DNA of 38,337 nucleotides from Octopus bimaculoides (lineage: Eukaryota): assembly GCF_001194135.2 (NCBI RefSeq), contig NC_068983.1:63618761-63657097 (forward strand), written 5' to 3'. Positions 12,550 through 22,975 of this stretch are shown piece after piece. The notes under the pieces were generated by a model. That model was not told the origin of the DNA. It was given only the letters and a program-made list of their open reading frames with translations, and did not search any database. Numbering within the stretch: the stretch's first letter is position 1; every line of letters begins with the position of its first letter. Both the position numbers and the translations under genes were made by a program.

Positions 12550-13400
12550 ACATTTGCTTCATTTTCCTCATAGACATCAACTCCCCATACATAGTCATCT
12601 CACATATCCCACACTTCCTCGACCTCAGCATAGCTCTCTTTCCCAGTATCGTTACTCTCCTTCGTGTAGGTGTGTTCATCTGTAATTGCTCCTCATTTGC
12701 AAGTGCACAGAGCAAACAGATGTTTGGGGTGGCTATGGGAACTGGAATAGGATTCAACTGTCAGTGTATTTGTCGGCTACGTTGTGTCCCAAATCTCTCA
12801 GTCTATCGTTCCTATTCCTGAGCTATACAGCCGTTATATCGTCGACTGTACCTGTGCCACCGCCCTCTCATTGCGATAATCTAAACACTTTATTTCTTTC
12901 GTCAGCTCCCTTCACCCGCTTCCATTTCCTCGACATCACCACTTCGTTCGACCAACTTACTCTCACTCATTCCATCTTATCTTCTGCAATCCTACCGTGA
13001 CATCTCCTAGTACCCCACCCTCTCCAAGCCTACTATTTTCTGTTCCCAGTTGCTCTGGTGCATCTGCAGTAGTAGCCAAGACTTCGAGATACAAGTTCAA
13101 CGATTTTGAGATGCAGGATCCTTCCTTTCATTTGACATGGTTAACCACACACCCTTATCCAACTTCCCCTCGCCTGACCCTGTGCTGTTGATTGCACCCA
13201 AGTCCTCTCAGCGTACGTCCGCCGCTTCCCTTTTCCTTACCCACCCTCTTTCTCACACACTGCATCCCCATTCTTCCTACCTATCCGTTTCACACCGTGC
13301 GCCTATAACGCACCGTCCTCCGCCTCTTCCACCACCTAGAAGCTGATACTGTCATCTCCCCCTTGGTATTCCACCCATTCCTGCGAGATCTTGTCCCACA
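12550..13400 (+). mobile_element. Penelope-like retroelement RT/thumb/linker relic (frameshifted)
   Basis: Manual translation: FIFLIDINSPYIVISH, KQMFGVAMG (12714-12740), FVGYV..PELYSRYIVDC (12820-12849), HFISFVSSLHP, FHFLDIT, SQL..CICSSSQDFE, FLRDLV. The motif order is that of PLE RT. Confidence 0.85.
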
Positions 13401-14330
13401 GTTTACAACCATATTAAAGAAGTTTTGACAAGTCAGGCTTCTATATCCTCTCCCTCGTTTCCTCTCGAGACAAGCGTTCACTCGACACCTTATGGGTTTT
13501 CGTTTCACATGAGCTAATAGCTCTCGCCGTCTCACGGCAATAGAATCCTGTAAGTTAATCAGTTTAGCTCTTTCTGTGATTTCTTCATTCGTAGTCTGGT
13601 CACACCAAAAAATTCTTGGTATTACCATAAGGCAACGTGTGTGAAAGATTTACGTAGTTCTATTGGTTAAGCTGGCCTTAGCCCACATTTATTTTATATA
13701 AGTTACTGTCGGCATGATTTTTATCCAACAAACTGAGTTTGGTGCCTTGGTTGATGGAAGAGTTAAACCAAACACACTTGAGGCATTAGATGACAGCTGC
13801 AGTTTTTCTGAACCTTTTTCTTTCGTGTTTCCATTTTTAGCGGTGTTATTGTGCAGGTACATGAAGGAATAAATAACTCCTCGAGCTTGACCCTCATGTT
13901 GCTGCAGTGACAGACCAATGTCCATCACTTTCGTCTTTCTATCACTGAACTGAAGACCAGCATTGAACTATTGTTACTTGTCATATCTAGTGTGATTGTC
14001 ATATTTAGATATGCTACTAAGGAGTCCCAGGTCATCGGCAAAGTCAAGGTCTGTGAGCTTTCTCTGCCCCCAATTGATGCCATATACCTGATTATCTACA
14101 GACTTCTATATGATGTGATTCCTCACCAGCAAGAATTAAAAAGGATATTACACTTCCGTGATGAGGGGAAAATGTACATTTTTCGCTCACTGGTTCTGAC
14201 GAAGCATCATGTCTTCCGGTAGTGTGATCGCTTATTGTTGATATTACAGGCAAATATTGTTGATATTACAGTGCAAACATCTTTCAGAGAGATTCCCTGT
14301 GCACAGAGAATCTATGTCCGTACAATGTTC
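13400..14330 (-). mobile_element. RTE-type LINE ORF2 3' fragment (RT plus C-terminus), degenerate
   Basis: LTDLDFADDLGLL (FADD 14031-14042), AGLQFSDRKTKVM, SFMYL, RIFWCDQTTNEEITERAKL, RKRGRG..LT. Confidence 0.85.
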
Positions 14331-15084
14331 TTCATTCAGTATCATATTCTAAACTCTGTTGTTGGCACACTCGCTATATATCTATTAATTTATCACATTT
14401 TCTCTCTAAATTTCCCTCTGTATTGTAGAGAACTATGTTTCTTCTACCCACCTCACTTCTCTTACTCGCACTACTTCGTCCTCTCTCATTCTTCCCTTCC
14501 CACTCTCTTTTACTCTAGCTATATTTCGATCTATCAATATGTCACATTTAATGACTATTTCTTTCGCTCTCATGTTCTTTCTCCTCTATCAGTTCAACCA
14601 CTGCTTCCTCCTTCCAGCGTAGAAGAAAGAAGAAAATCAACCAAGAAACATTTTGAGAATTATATACTGGCCTAGTTAACCATTTTGAGCATCCCCGTAG
14701 TAGTATACGTGAAACAATTACAGTATCGCAAAGTACCACACGAAATCACTGAATGTGGAAGGCAGTTATCATTGATAGATGTATTAAAAGCTGACTCTTA
14801 CATACACATATACACAAGGACACCTATCACTTATACAGAAAGGCATGTTACGTAAACATTATTGTTTTGATGTTTCAAAATAAGTAGAAGCGTCTCATAA
14901 ATACTGTGGCTGAGCTAACTTCCTGTGCAATCGGCATTGTATATGGAATATCTTAAAATGATATGAAGATAATTATTTGCATGTCTCAACACTCCTCCAT
15001 ACAAGCGCAACTATCTTTTTCTCTCTCTTCATATGTTTATATGTTTATTATTCTTACTTTTTCTTTCGGTCCTTCTGTCTCTGC

Positions 15085-15232
15085 CTGAATCATCCTCGGC
15101 GTTGTCGTCGTCGACGTCACCATCGTCCTCCATTCTCTCTTCCTCTTCCTGCTCCTCCACCTCTAGCTCTTCCTCTTTCTGCTCTTTTTGCTGCTCCTCC
15201 TCCTTCAACTCCCTTTCACCTCCGCCTCCGAC
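15085..15232. repeat. Pyrimidine-rich (CCT/TCT/CGT) low-complexity tract
   Basis: Directly visible; explains the Ser/Pro-rich ORFs. Confidence 0.85.
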
Positions 15233-16504
15233 TAAAAGAGGGAGGTGTGAGATGTCTTATGAACGTGGGACGAAAGGCATTGGAAATATGATGATTTTTA
15301 CCCAGATATTAAACCAAGGCCTTTCTTTTTAACAAACATTTTTGAAGGTTCCCTTTATATTTAATCACGAAAACTAAAACGGTTTCTTTAATACCTGTCA
15401 ACTCCCATTAAAACTATCTATAGGCCAGTTGGTTATGTTCAGGTGTGCATTATAGCTAGCTTTGATCAGAATGATCAAATATAGTAATGTTAACCGAAAG
15501 CGAATCATACTTTTATCAAACCTGCTGTCAGTTCGAATCCGGAGAATGATCTGCTATAAGAATTTCCTCGCAACGTGTTTGTCTTATGGCAACGAATGAA
15601 ATCAAGAAACGTATGTGTGTATGTGTATGTGCGTGTGTGTGTATGTGTGTGGTGTGTGCAGGTGGGTGAGTGTGTATGTCTGTTCACGTTTGTGATGTAT
15701 GCAACAAAATCATATAAAAATAATCATAAATTTAAATCAGCAAGTATGACTGAACGAAACATCAGAAAATAACATGAAGTTGTTTAATTCAATTCATAAA
15801 TTATTGAAAATTAAGAAAAAATTGTTCTTGCATCGAGACAATCATTGAAATGTATAGAATCATTAATGTCTATGTGCATGTACAGAAGTGCGTTATGTAA
15901 ATTGCGTAGTTAAAATGCGTACATGTATGAATGTTTGAATGTTTTTGGTAAAAATAAACGTCATAAATCATATATTTGTACATACCTAACAGGTAAATGA
16001 AAATGTCGGTCATTCTTCGTTGTAATATTTTCTTGGAAACAATATATGACTTTGAAGGATTCATTCATATGATATGGAGGAATATGAGTTGGGTATAAAA
16101 AGCTGGTAAGTTGTAGGTATTCTTTCCTTATAGGTATATGCTTTTCATAATATGCCGATAATGATTATGACTAGCATATCCATTACACAGTATTTAGGAT
16201 CAGCATGCAAAACATAATAGAATCCTTTAGACGATTTATTTTACATTCAATTAAATAACGGAATAGTTTCACTACCGTGTAAATTGCGAATATTTCTCGA
16301 CCAAAAATGGTGTATATAATTTCAGCTGGTTTCAAACGCTTCGAGATGACAGTGATTGCAAGAAATCGTCAGTTCTAAAGTCAGAAGCATTCTCTAAAAG
16401 ATACAGGTTCATCTGGTATAGGGTGACTCAATACGGAAACTTATTTTCCTTTAGATATTTTTCCTTTAAAATTCATAAATAATAGCAATGCCTTTACTGT
16501 TACC

Positions 16505-16607
16505 TTTTCTTGTTTCAGTCATTTGATTTGGCCATGCTGGAGCACCGCCTTGGAAGGCTTTTAGTCGAACAAATCAACCCCGTAACATGTTTCTTAAGCC
16601 TAGTACA
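16505..16607 (-). mobile_element. SINE family A 3' tail fragment
   Basis: cttgtttcagtcatttga..gccatgctggagcaccgcc..aagcctagtac. Confidence 0.85.
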
Positions 16608-16915
16608 GACAGACAGAAAGACAGACAGAGAGACACACACATATAGTCACTACCAGGATATGTTAACGTCTTCTGGGGATGGTTTCATCCAGGTTACACT
16701 AGTTTAATACATTATGTTGTTGAGAAATATCTCTTCAAAATAAAAATAGGTACACTATAAATATAAAATAATATTAAGTAAGGAAAATGAGAAATTTAAT
16801 AGATATAAATTCGTGTATTAACATTTTAAATAAGGTCTACAATTGTTTCAATTTACACTCAATACAAATTACAAACATTTAGAATAAAATAAGTTTGCAT
16901 TTTGAAGATTTTGAG

Positions 16916-16970
16916 CCTTGGTTCCCAAACTGAGGTCCGCGAAACAATTTTAGGGGTTCCGCGAAGGGAT
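16916..16970 (+). mobile_element. hAT/Charlie-like terminal sequence (one end only)
   Basis: ccttggttcccaaact resembles the CAGTGGTTCCCAAACT terminus, followed by two ggtccgcg-like subterminal motifs. No partner end found. Confidence 0.45.
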
Positions 16971-17234
16971 CACCAATTTTCAAATTTATAATGTTCAAAA
17001 CCCGGTTTCAGCTAAAACTAGAACCATTGAACATACACGCACTACACAGAACCACTAATTTACGTGTTAAAATAAAAAAAAAAAGACTTACAGATAGAAT
17101 GCATTTGAGGTGACGTGCGCAAGAATTACACGCACATACTTGAATGCAGGCGTCTCTCTGCGGCTTTATCGGTCGGTGCGGGCTTATGGGTGCAACAATC
17201 TAAACAGGATTGAAAATTGGCAGTCTAACAAACC

Positions 17235-17460
17235 ACACTATACTCCTGCCCAAACTATATCCGGGACTAATCTGGGCTAGTCTGGGCTAGGCGAGACTAT
17301 ACTCAATTCAGACAACCAGGCCAGAATATGCTCCTGTCCAGACTATACTCCTGTGCAGACTATACTCCTGTGCAGACTATACTCCTGTGCAGACTATACC
17401 CCTGTCCATAGTTGGACAGAGGTATATTCTGAGCTGTTACATCGGCCGTAACACCAGCTC
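17235..17460. repeat. 17-bp tandem array (CAGACTATACTCCTGTG) with an inverted unit and terminal hairpin
   Basis: Five units 17322-17406, degenerate units from 17235, inverted unit 17414-17431, second hairpin 17431-17460. Confidence 0.9.
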
Positions 17461-17893
17461 ATTAATGAAATAGACCGCAAGAGTGGTTTATGAAGAGGTT
17501 GCGATTTGTTTTCACTATCACATACTTACGAACGCATATATTTTTGACATATTTATCATCGTAAGTTCATTCTTAATTATACTTTTTATGTTTGTATTAA
17601 GCATGAGTAAGTAGGGACCTAAAAAGGTAATAAAAAGACAAGCTCTTACCGCTGTCAGAATGAAGACGTTCGTTCTACATAAAGTATCTAGCGACTTTTA
17701 GTTGAACTTTATTACAGTAGCTACAAGGCGTTACAATGATGAGAAACTTCACCTAAGTCCAACTGAATGATTAAAGTGAGGATATTGAAGTTAAACAATT
17801 AATCAATTTCGAAGTAGCTTCTCCATGAATAAGGAATTACCGTGCTTTGAAAAATACCTTATATATATGTGCGTGTGTGTGTGTGTGTTATAT

Positions 17894-17922
17894 ACTAGCA
17901 GAGATGCCTGGCGTTGCTCGGG
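17894..17922 (+). mobile_element. Possible non-autonomous Helitron-type 5' terminus
   Basis: actagcagagatgcctggcgttgctcggg resembles recalled ACTAGC..CCCGGCGTTGC(C/T)CGG starts. Only 29 bp. Confidence 0.35.
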
Positions 17923-17945
17923 AATAACGTGGCATACTTTTTAAA

Positions 17946-18233
17946 ATTATTTTACTTGTCTCAGTTATGTAACTGTGGTCATGCTGGAGTACCACCTTTA
18001 GTCGAAGAAATCGACCCCAGGATTTATTCTTTGTAAGCCTAGTACTTATTCTATCGGTGTCTTATGCTGAACCACTAGGTTACAGGGCCACAACCACAGC
18101 AACATCGGTTGTCAAGCAATGGTAGGGGTACAAATACAGATAGACACACATATATACACATATATGACAGTCCTCTCTCAGATTCCCTGTAGGAAATCCA
18201 AGCACAAGGCTTCGGTGGGCCTGTGGCTATAGT
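17946..18233 (-). mobile_element. SINE family A, running into (TA)n and gap 18259-19195
   Basis: Tail and body motifs colinear with 31021-31400. Confidence 0.85.
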
Positions 18234-19339
18234 ATTATATATATATATATATATATATNNNNNNNNNNNNNNNNNNNNNNNNNNNNNNNNNNNNNNNNNN
18301 NNNNNNNNNNNNNNNNNNNNNNNNNNNNNNNNNNNNNNNNNNNNNNNNNNNNNNNNNNNNNNNNNNNNNNNNNNNNNNNNNNNNNNNNNNNNNNNNNNNN
18401 NNNNNNNNNNNNNNNNNNNNNNNNNNNNNNNNNNNNNNNNNNNNNNNNNNNNNNNNNNNNNNNNNNNNNNNNNNNNNNNNNNNNNNNNNNNNNNNNNNNN
18501 NNNNNNNNNNNNNNNNNNNNNNNNNNNNNNNNNNNNNNNNNNNNNNNNNNNNNNNNNNNNNNNNNNNNNNNNNNNNNNNNNNNNNNNNNNNNNNNNNNNN
18601 NNNNNNNNNNNNNNNNNNNNNNNNNNNNNNNNNNNNNNNNNNNNNNNNNNNNNNNNNNNNNNNNNNNNNNNNNNNNNNNNNNNNNNNNNNNNNNNNNNNN
18701 NNNNNNNNNNNNNNNNNNNNNNNNNNNNNNNNNNNNNNNNNNNNNNNNNNNNNNNNNNNNNNNNNNNNNNNNNNNNNNNNNNNNNNNNNNNNNNNNNNNN
18801 NNNNNNNNNNNNNNNNNNNNNNNNNNNNNNNNNNNNNNNNNNNNNNNNNNNNNNNNNNNNNNNNNNNNNNNNNNNNNNNNNNNNNNNNNNNNNNNNNNNN
18901 NNNNNNNNNNNNNNNNNNNNNNNNNNNNNNNNNNNNNNNNNNNNNNNNNNNNNNNNNNNNNNNNNNNNNNNNNNNNNNNNNNNNNNNNNNNNNNNNNNNN
19001 NNNNNNNNNNNNNNNNNNNNNNNNNNNNNNNNNNNNNNNNNNNNNNNNNNNNNNNNNNNNNNNNNNNNNNNNNNNNNNNNNNNNNNNNNNNNNNNNNNNN
19101 NNNNNNNNNNNNNNNNNNNNNNNNNNNNNNNNNNNNNNNNNNNNNNNNNNNNNNNNNNNNNNNNNNNNNNNNNNNNNNNNNNNNNNNNNNNNNNNATATA
19201 TATATATATATATATACATATAAAGACAAATATTAATAAATATATATTTACACCTACATCTATATATGTGTATGCATGTATGTATACATATATACATGTA
19301 TACACAAATATATACATGTGTGACCCTCCATAAATCCAA

Positions 19340-19555
19340 AATTTATTTTGGTACTTATGGGAGCAACTTTATTCAAAGACTCATATTGTAGTTTATTGCT
19401 CGAAATGAGGAGTAGATAGACAGCTGACAACTGATGAAGGTTCGCTCCTTATGTTACGTGTCTTGTTTCCCATTAGTTTCTCTCGTTACTTGCGTATTGA
19501 ACTCATTTGTTTTCGTATTTCATGTTTTTTGCTGTTGGTGATGTCCTGTACCCAT
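19340..19555 (+). mobile_element. Probable PLE-derived terminal repeat with a degenerate hammerhead motif
   Basis: cttatgg-gagcaa..ttgctc-gaaa (19354-19405), second ctgatgaagg at 19431-19440, abutting (TA)n at 19555-19635. Confidence 0.4.
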
Positions 19556-19558
19556 ATA

Positions 19559-19636
<78 letters not shown>

Positions 19637-19654
19637 TATATGAGGTGATACTTC

Positions 19655-20765
19655 TACCCATATGCCAGAGTTAGGGTAGAAAACAAATTACCAGAAGTGA
19701 ATATAGCCTGGCTGGTGGTTGCCATACTGCTAGGCATGGAAGAAAAGGCGGTGATACTGCAGGCCACAAGAACACCCTACAGAAACTGGCAAGGGCAGCA
19801 TCTGGACATGATGGTAAAGAGGATATTGAAAGTATGGTGAAAACAATCATGGTCTCAGACGTGACGCTGAAAGTCAGAGTGGAAGGGAAGATTCCGCAGT
19901 GCTATAAATGTGGCCACATTAGAGCGGATTGTACTCCACCACCTGCGAATACTAAAGAAATGCAAGAGAGTGAGAAAGTATTTGGTGCTCCACTGCCCGT
20001 AGAGGCTGAGGAAAAGCAAGTGAGGCGGCACCGCAGAGAAAGACCAGTACCAACGTCAAGGAAGAGGAGCTAATCGCAAGCGGAAAAACGGCGGGAAAAG
20101 GAAAAGGAAGAAGAGAAAGAGGACACAAGTAGCAAACGACAACCCCAACACCCACCCACTCGGCTTCCACCCACACCCACTCTACGCCAACCACCCCTAC
20201 AGACACCAACCCTCCCCATATCCCGCCTGACATAAACACAAGTACAAACACACAGGATCCCCAAAATTCCCCACCCGGCCCATGGATAAATTTGTTATAT
20301 TACATAACAAGAGTAACGAAGATCTTTGCAATGAGATAAAGACATCGGAAAAAGCAATAGAAGTGGACAAAACAAGGGTAGGAGGGTTGGCCGAGGACGT
20401 TTTCTGTGCAGTGGCGGACCCGGAGTACCTCTCAAGATTGATGAACTACGAAGAAGAAACTAATTTCGATTGGTGGGTTACGAAAATGGACACAAGCTTA
20501 TATTTTAAAAGAACTTGACATAGACATTTTCCAAAAAAGTGGAAACTAGCTGTCACAAAGGCATTCTCAATGGTAATTTAAACTAATGTTTTTAAAAAAG
20601 GTTGTATTAGCAGGTTCAATGAAGTCGCTCGGAGGTGGGGCTGAACGGTCTCATTTTATCTTTCATTGTATAATTTCATTAATTCCATTTGTTTTGTTTC
20701 TTTGTGCCCCACCTTGTGGTGTACCCTCATGTAAGGCCTCTAAGACCAATATGCCATGAAATAAG
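19655..20765 (+). mobile_element. Degenerate ORF1/gag-like retroelement (Tx1/L1-like zinc knuckle), no RT or endonuclease seen
   Basis: VRVEGKIPQCYKCGHIRADC (knuckle with 3-residue deletion), charged and Pro-rich linker, ORF 20282-20518, then a UTR-like tail. Confidence 0.6.
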
Positions 20766-20769
20766 GAAG

Positions 20770-21101
20770 ATTGCTTCCCAACCACATGGTTCTGAGTTCA
20801 GTCCTACCACCTGGGCCAAGTATCTTCTGCTATAGCCTCAGGCCAACCAAACCTTTGTGAGAGGATTTTGTAGAAGGAAACTNNNNNNNNNNNNNNNNNN
20901 NNNNNNNNNNNNNNNNNNNNNNNNNNNNNNNNNNNNNNNNNNNNNNNNNNNNNNNNNNNNNNNNNNNNNNNNNNNNNNNNNNNNNNNNNNNNNNNNNNNN
21001 NNNNNNNNNNNNNNNNNNNNNNNNNNNNNNNNNNNTATATACATATATATATATGTGTGTATTTGTATGTTTGTGGCTGTGTCGTAGTGTTTACGTCCCT
21101 G
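20770..21101 (+). mobile_element. SINE family A head and partial body interrupted by gap 20883-21035
   Basis: ccaaccacatggttctgagttcagtcc..ctatagcctcaggccaaccaaa..gtagaaggaaact, then gtgtttacgtccctgtaa after the gap. Confidence 0.75.
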
Positions 21102-21114
21102 TAAAAATATTATT

Positions 21115-21116
<2 letters not shown>

Positions 21117-21152
<36 letters not shown>

Positions 21153-21175
21153 CAATAATAATAATAATAATAACA
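21117..21175. repeat. (AAT)n microsatellite
   Basis: Directly visible. Confidence 0.95.
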
Positions 21176-21179
21176 GCTA

Positions 21180-21365
21180 CAACATCGAAAAAATACCTTA
21201 GGAATAAGAACTCAGGTTCGAAATTTCCCTTAGACACCTGATGAAGGCTGAAGGGTATATCAGCCGAAACGTTGTGTTAACAACAAACAAGATGAGGACA
21301 AATATCCGTCAAATGTAAATAACGTAAATAACGTACATAATTCCTCATCTCTTATATATAGAACT
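21180..21365 (+). mobile_element. Short PLE-terminal-repeat-like element carrying a hammerhead motif
   Basis: Contains CTGATGAAGGCTG..CAGCCGAAACGT, the motif typical of PLE pseudo-LTRs; follows the (AAT)n tract. Confidence 0.6.
21233..21278 (+). ncRNA. Minimal type I hammerhead ribozyme
   Basis: Stem I GACAC/GUGUU; core CUGAUGA (21238-21244) plus an extra A; stem II GGCUGA/UCAGCC; GAAA; minimal stem III A-CG-U; predicted cleavage GUU after 21273. Confidence 0.8.
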
Positions 21366-21449
21366 GGAATACTCACTGACAGTTTAATAAAAAACAATAA
21401 TGGCCTAGGATTCCCAGCTTTGATATCTCAGACTACACTGTAACCCTTG

Positions 21450-21830
21450 GTAGGTTCAGAGTGTCATTAAAATTGGAATGTAAAATGTTTAATAGATTCG
21501 CTGCAAAATGTGACGGTCGCTTGATATTAAGATTCCTGTCTCACGAGCTATCTGTCGTACAAATTTCTGTGGGGATCGGTAGAGGGTTTCCAGCAATTGT
21601 TTTTCGTTTGCGGGGTTGGTTGATGGCCGAAGTCATCCTGGACGGTACTTATGGATGTTATGCACCCTTTCACCTGATTCAAACTCATTTTGGATGCGAG
21701 CAATGGGGCATTCCGTCGGTTGATTTTTCTGAATATGTCTTCTAAATTGTCTTTGCACTTCTACAATGTTTTCATGTTTCAAGTAGTACTTTATGATAAT
21801 TTTCCTTCTTCAAAACTTGTTTATACTAGG
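21450..21830 (-). mobile_element. Tc1/mariner-superfamily transposase N-terminal relic (DUF4817/rosa-like)
   Basis: IIKYYLKHENIVEVQRQFRR..IARIQNEFE and LLETLYRSPQKFVRQIARETGILISSDRHILQR..FYIP (HTH), with stops and a frameshift. Confidence 0.75.
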
Positions 21831-21996
21831 GTCAATTTGATCCGAAAAGAAATGAAAAATTCACATACGAGATACCCATTGAAAACCGGCACGTGAGTAA
21901 CATAAACACGGTTTGCATGAAACTGTCATACAAAACAGCCAAGACTAATGAATAAACACGTTGGCCAACGAAATATCCTGTACGTGGCGAATTGCT

Positions 21997-22160
21997 TTGC
22001 TAGAAATACCAGCGCAGTTATCCTCAAATCATATCCAACCATCTTAAAGAAGAATACATTGCATAATATATGCTGGGTTCCTATGGCTCCTATACATTAC
22101 AGAACAATGAGATGGTAACAACTGGAACGCTTTTGGACACAAACCTAGCTGATCAGCGCT
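21997..22160 (+). repeat. Dispersed repeat family D
   Basis: ttgctagaaatacc..cctcaaatcatatc..aatgagatggtaaca; reverse-similar to 35760-35940. Confidence 0.5.
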
Positions 22161-22879
22161 GTATAGATATCCACACGATTGCTCACACACACGACGAAAG
22201 AACATGCAGAGTATACAACTTTACGCAAGTACATCATTAGAGACAATGACACATGTACATTAAGAAAATGTATGTTTAAAATATTTACGAATTCACAACA
22301 CACTTCTTTATAACACATACGTAACGCATAGACACACAGACACATTGACACTCGTACTCAACATAAACCGAGCATAGAAACATCCCCCCACCAACCCATA
22401 AAACGACAAGAGCGATAACATAAACGGAACAAATACAAATACCAACAGAAACAACCAATATACCCATATTCAGACAACGTATACATATCCATGTTGGGCA
22501 TATATTCATATCAGAACACACCTCATTACATCTTCAAAAGAACATTTATGTTTGTATATCATTGATGTATGTATATCATTACAAATATTTATAGCTTCAA
22601 TATATGAACTGCTGAAAAAAATTATATGCCATAATGGTTTGTTTTATAACGTAGCGCGTATTATTACTTTACTGATATATGACATAACGTTTATATAAAC
22701 ATTTTAACATAGGCAGAAAGCCACAAGTTCAAGGAAAACGGTTTGTCGATAGAATAAGTACCAGTGAAGAATTGGGGTACACAACTGTTACTTTACTCTA
22801 TCGACACTATGAATGAAAGGCATAGTTGATTGGTGGGATTTGAAGTTCCAGGGAGCACAACACCTCACTATCTTCTCAG

Positions 22880-22975
22880 AAACAGTGGTCAGATAAGATG
22901 GATGGATGACCGTTAAAACGCCATTGATCATTTGTCAGTTGGAACAGAGCCGATCATGAGCTAAGCAACAATAAC
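22880..22975 (+). repeat. Dispersed repeat family D, 3' part
   Basis: gatggatgaccg..ccattgatcat..gctaagcaacaa. Confidence 0.4.

Noticed and set aside
14233-14271. Direct duplication TATTGTTGATATTACAG
   Set aside because: Simple slippage duplication inside the dead RTE fragment.
15525-15550. Perfect B-box-like GTTCGAATCC
   Set aside because: No convincing A box or tRNA fold upstream; at best an eroded SINE head.
17322-17406. Regular 17-bp repeats as a CRISPR array
   Set aside because: No unique spacers, eukaryotic context, no cas genes.
17630-17710. Possible hAT transposase C-terminal remnant (KTSSYRCQNEDVRST*SI)
   Set aside because: The resemblance is too short and weak without an alignment.
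11046-19195. Two gaps of identical length (937 N: 11046-11982 and 18259-19195)
   Set aside because: Scaffolding size estimates, not a biological periodicity.
5085-19339. Long 300-410 aa ORFs in the track (5085-6151, 10773-12081, 18075-19339)
   Set aside because: They are open only because they run through N gaps and (TA)n tracts.
22745-22805. Imperfect hairpin GTCGATAGA..TCTATCGAC
   Set aside because: Probably an eroded remnant of another octopus SINE (recalled motif only); too degenerate to call.
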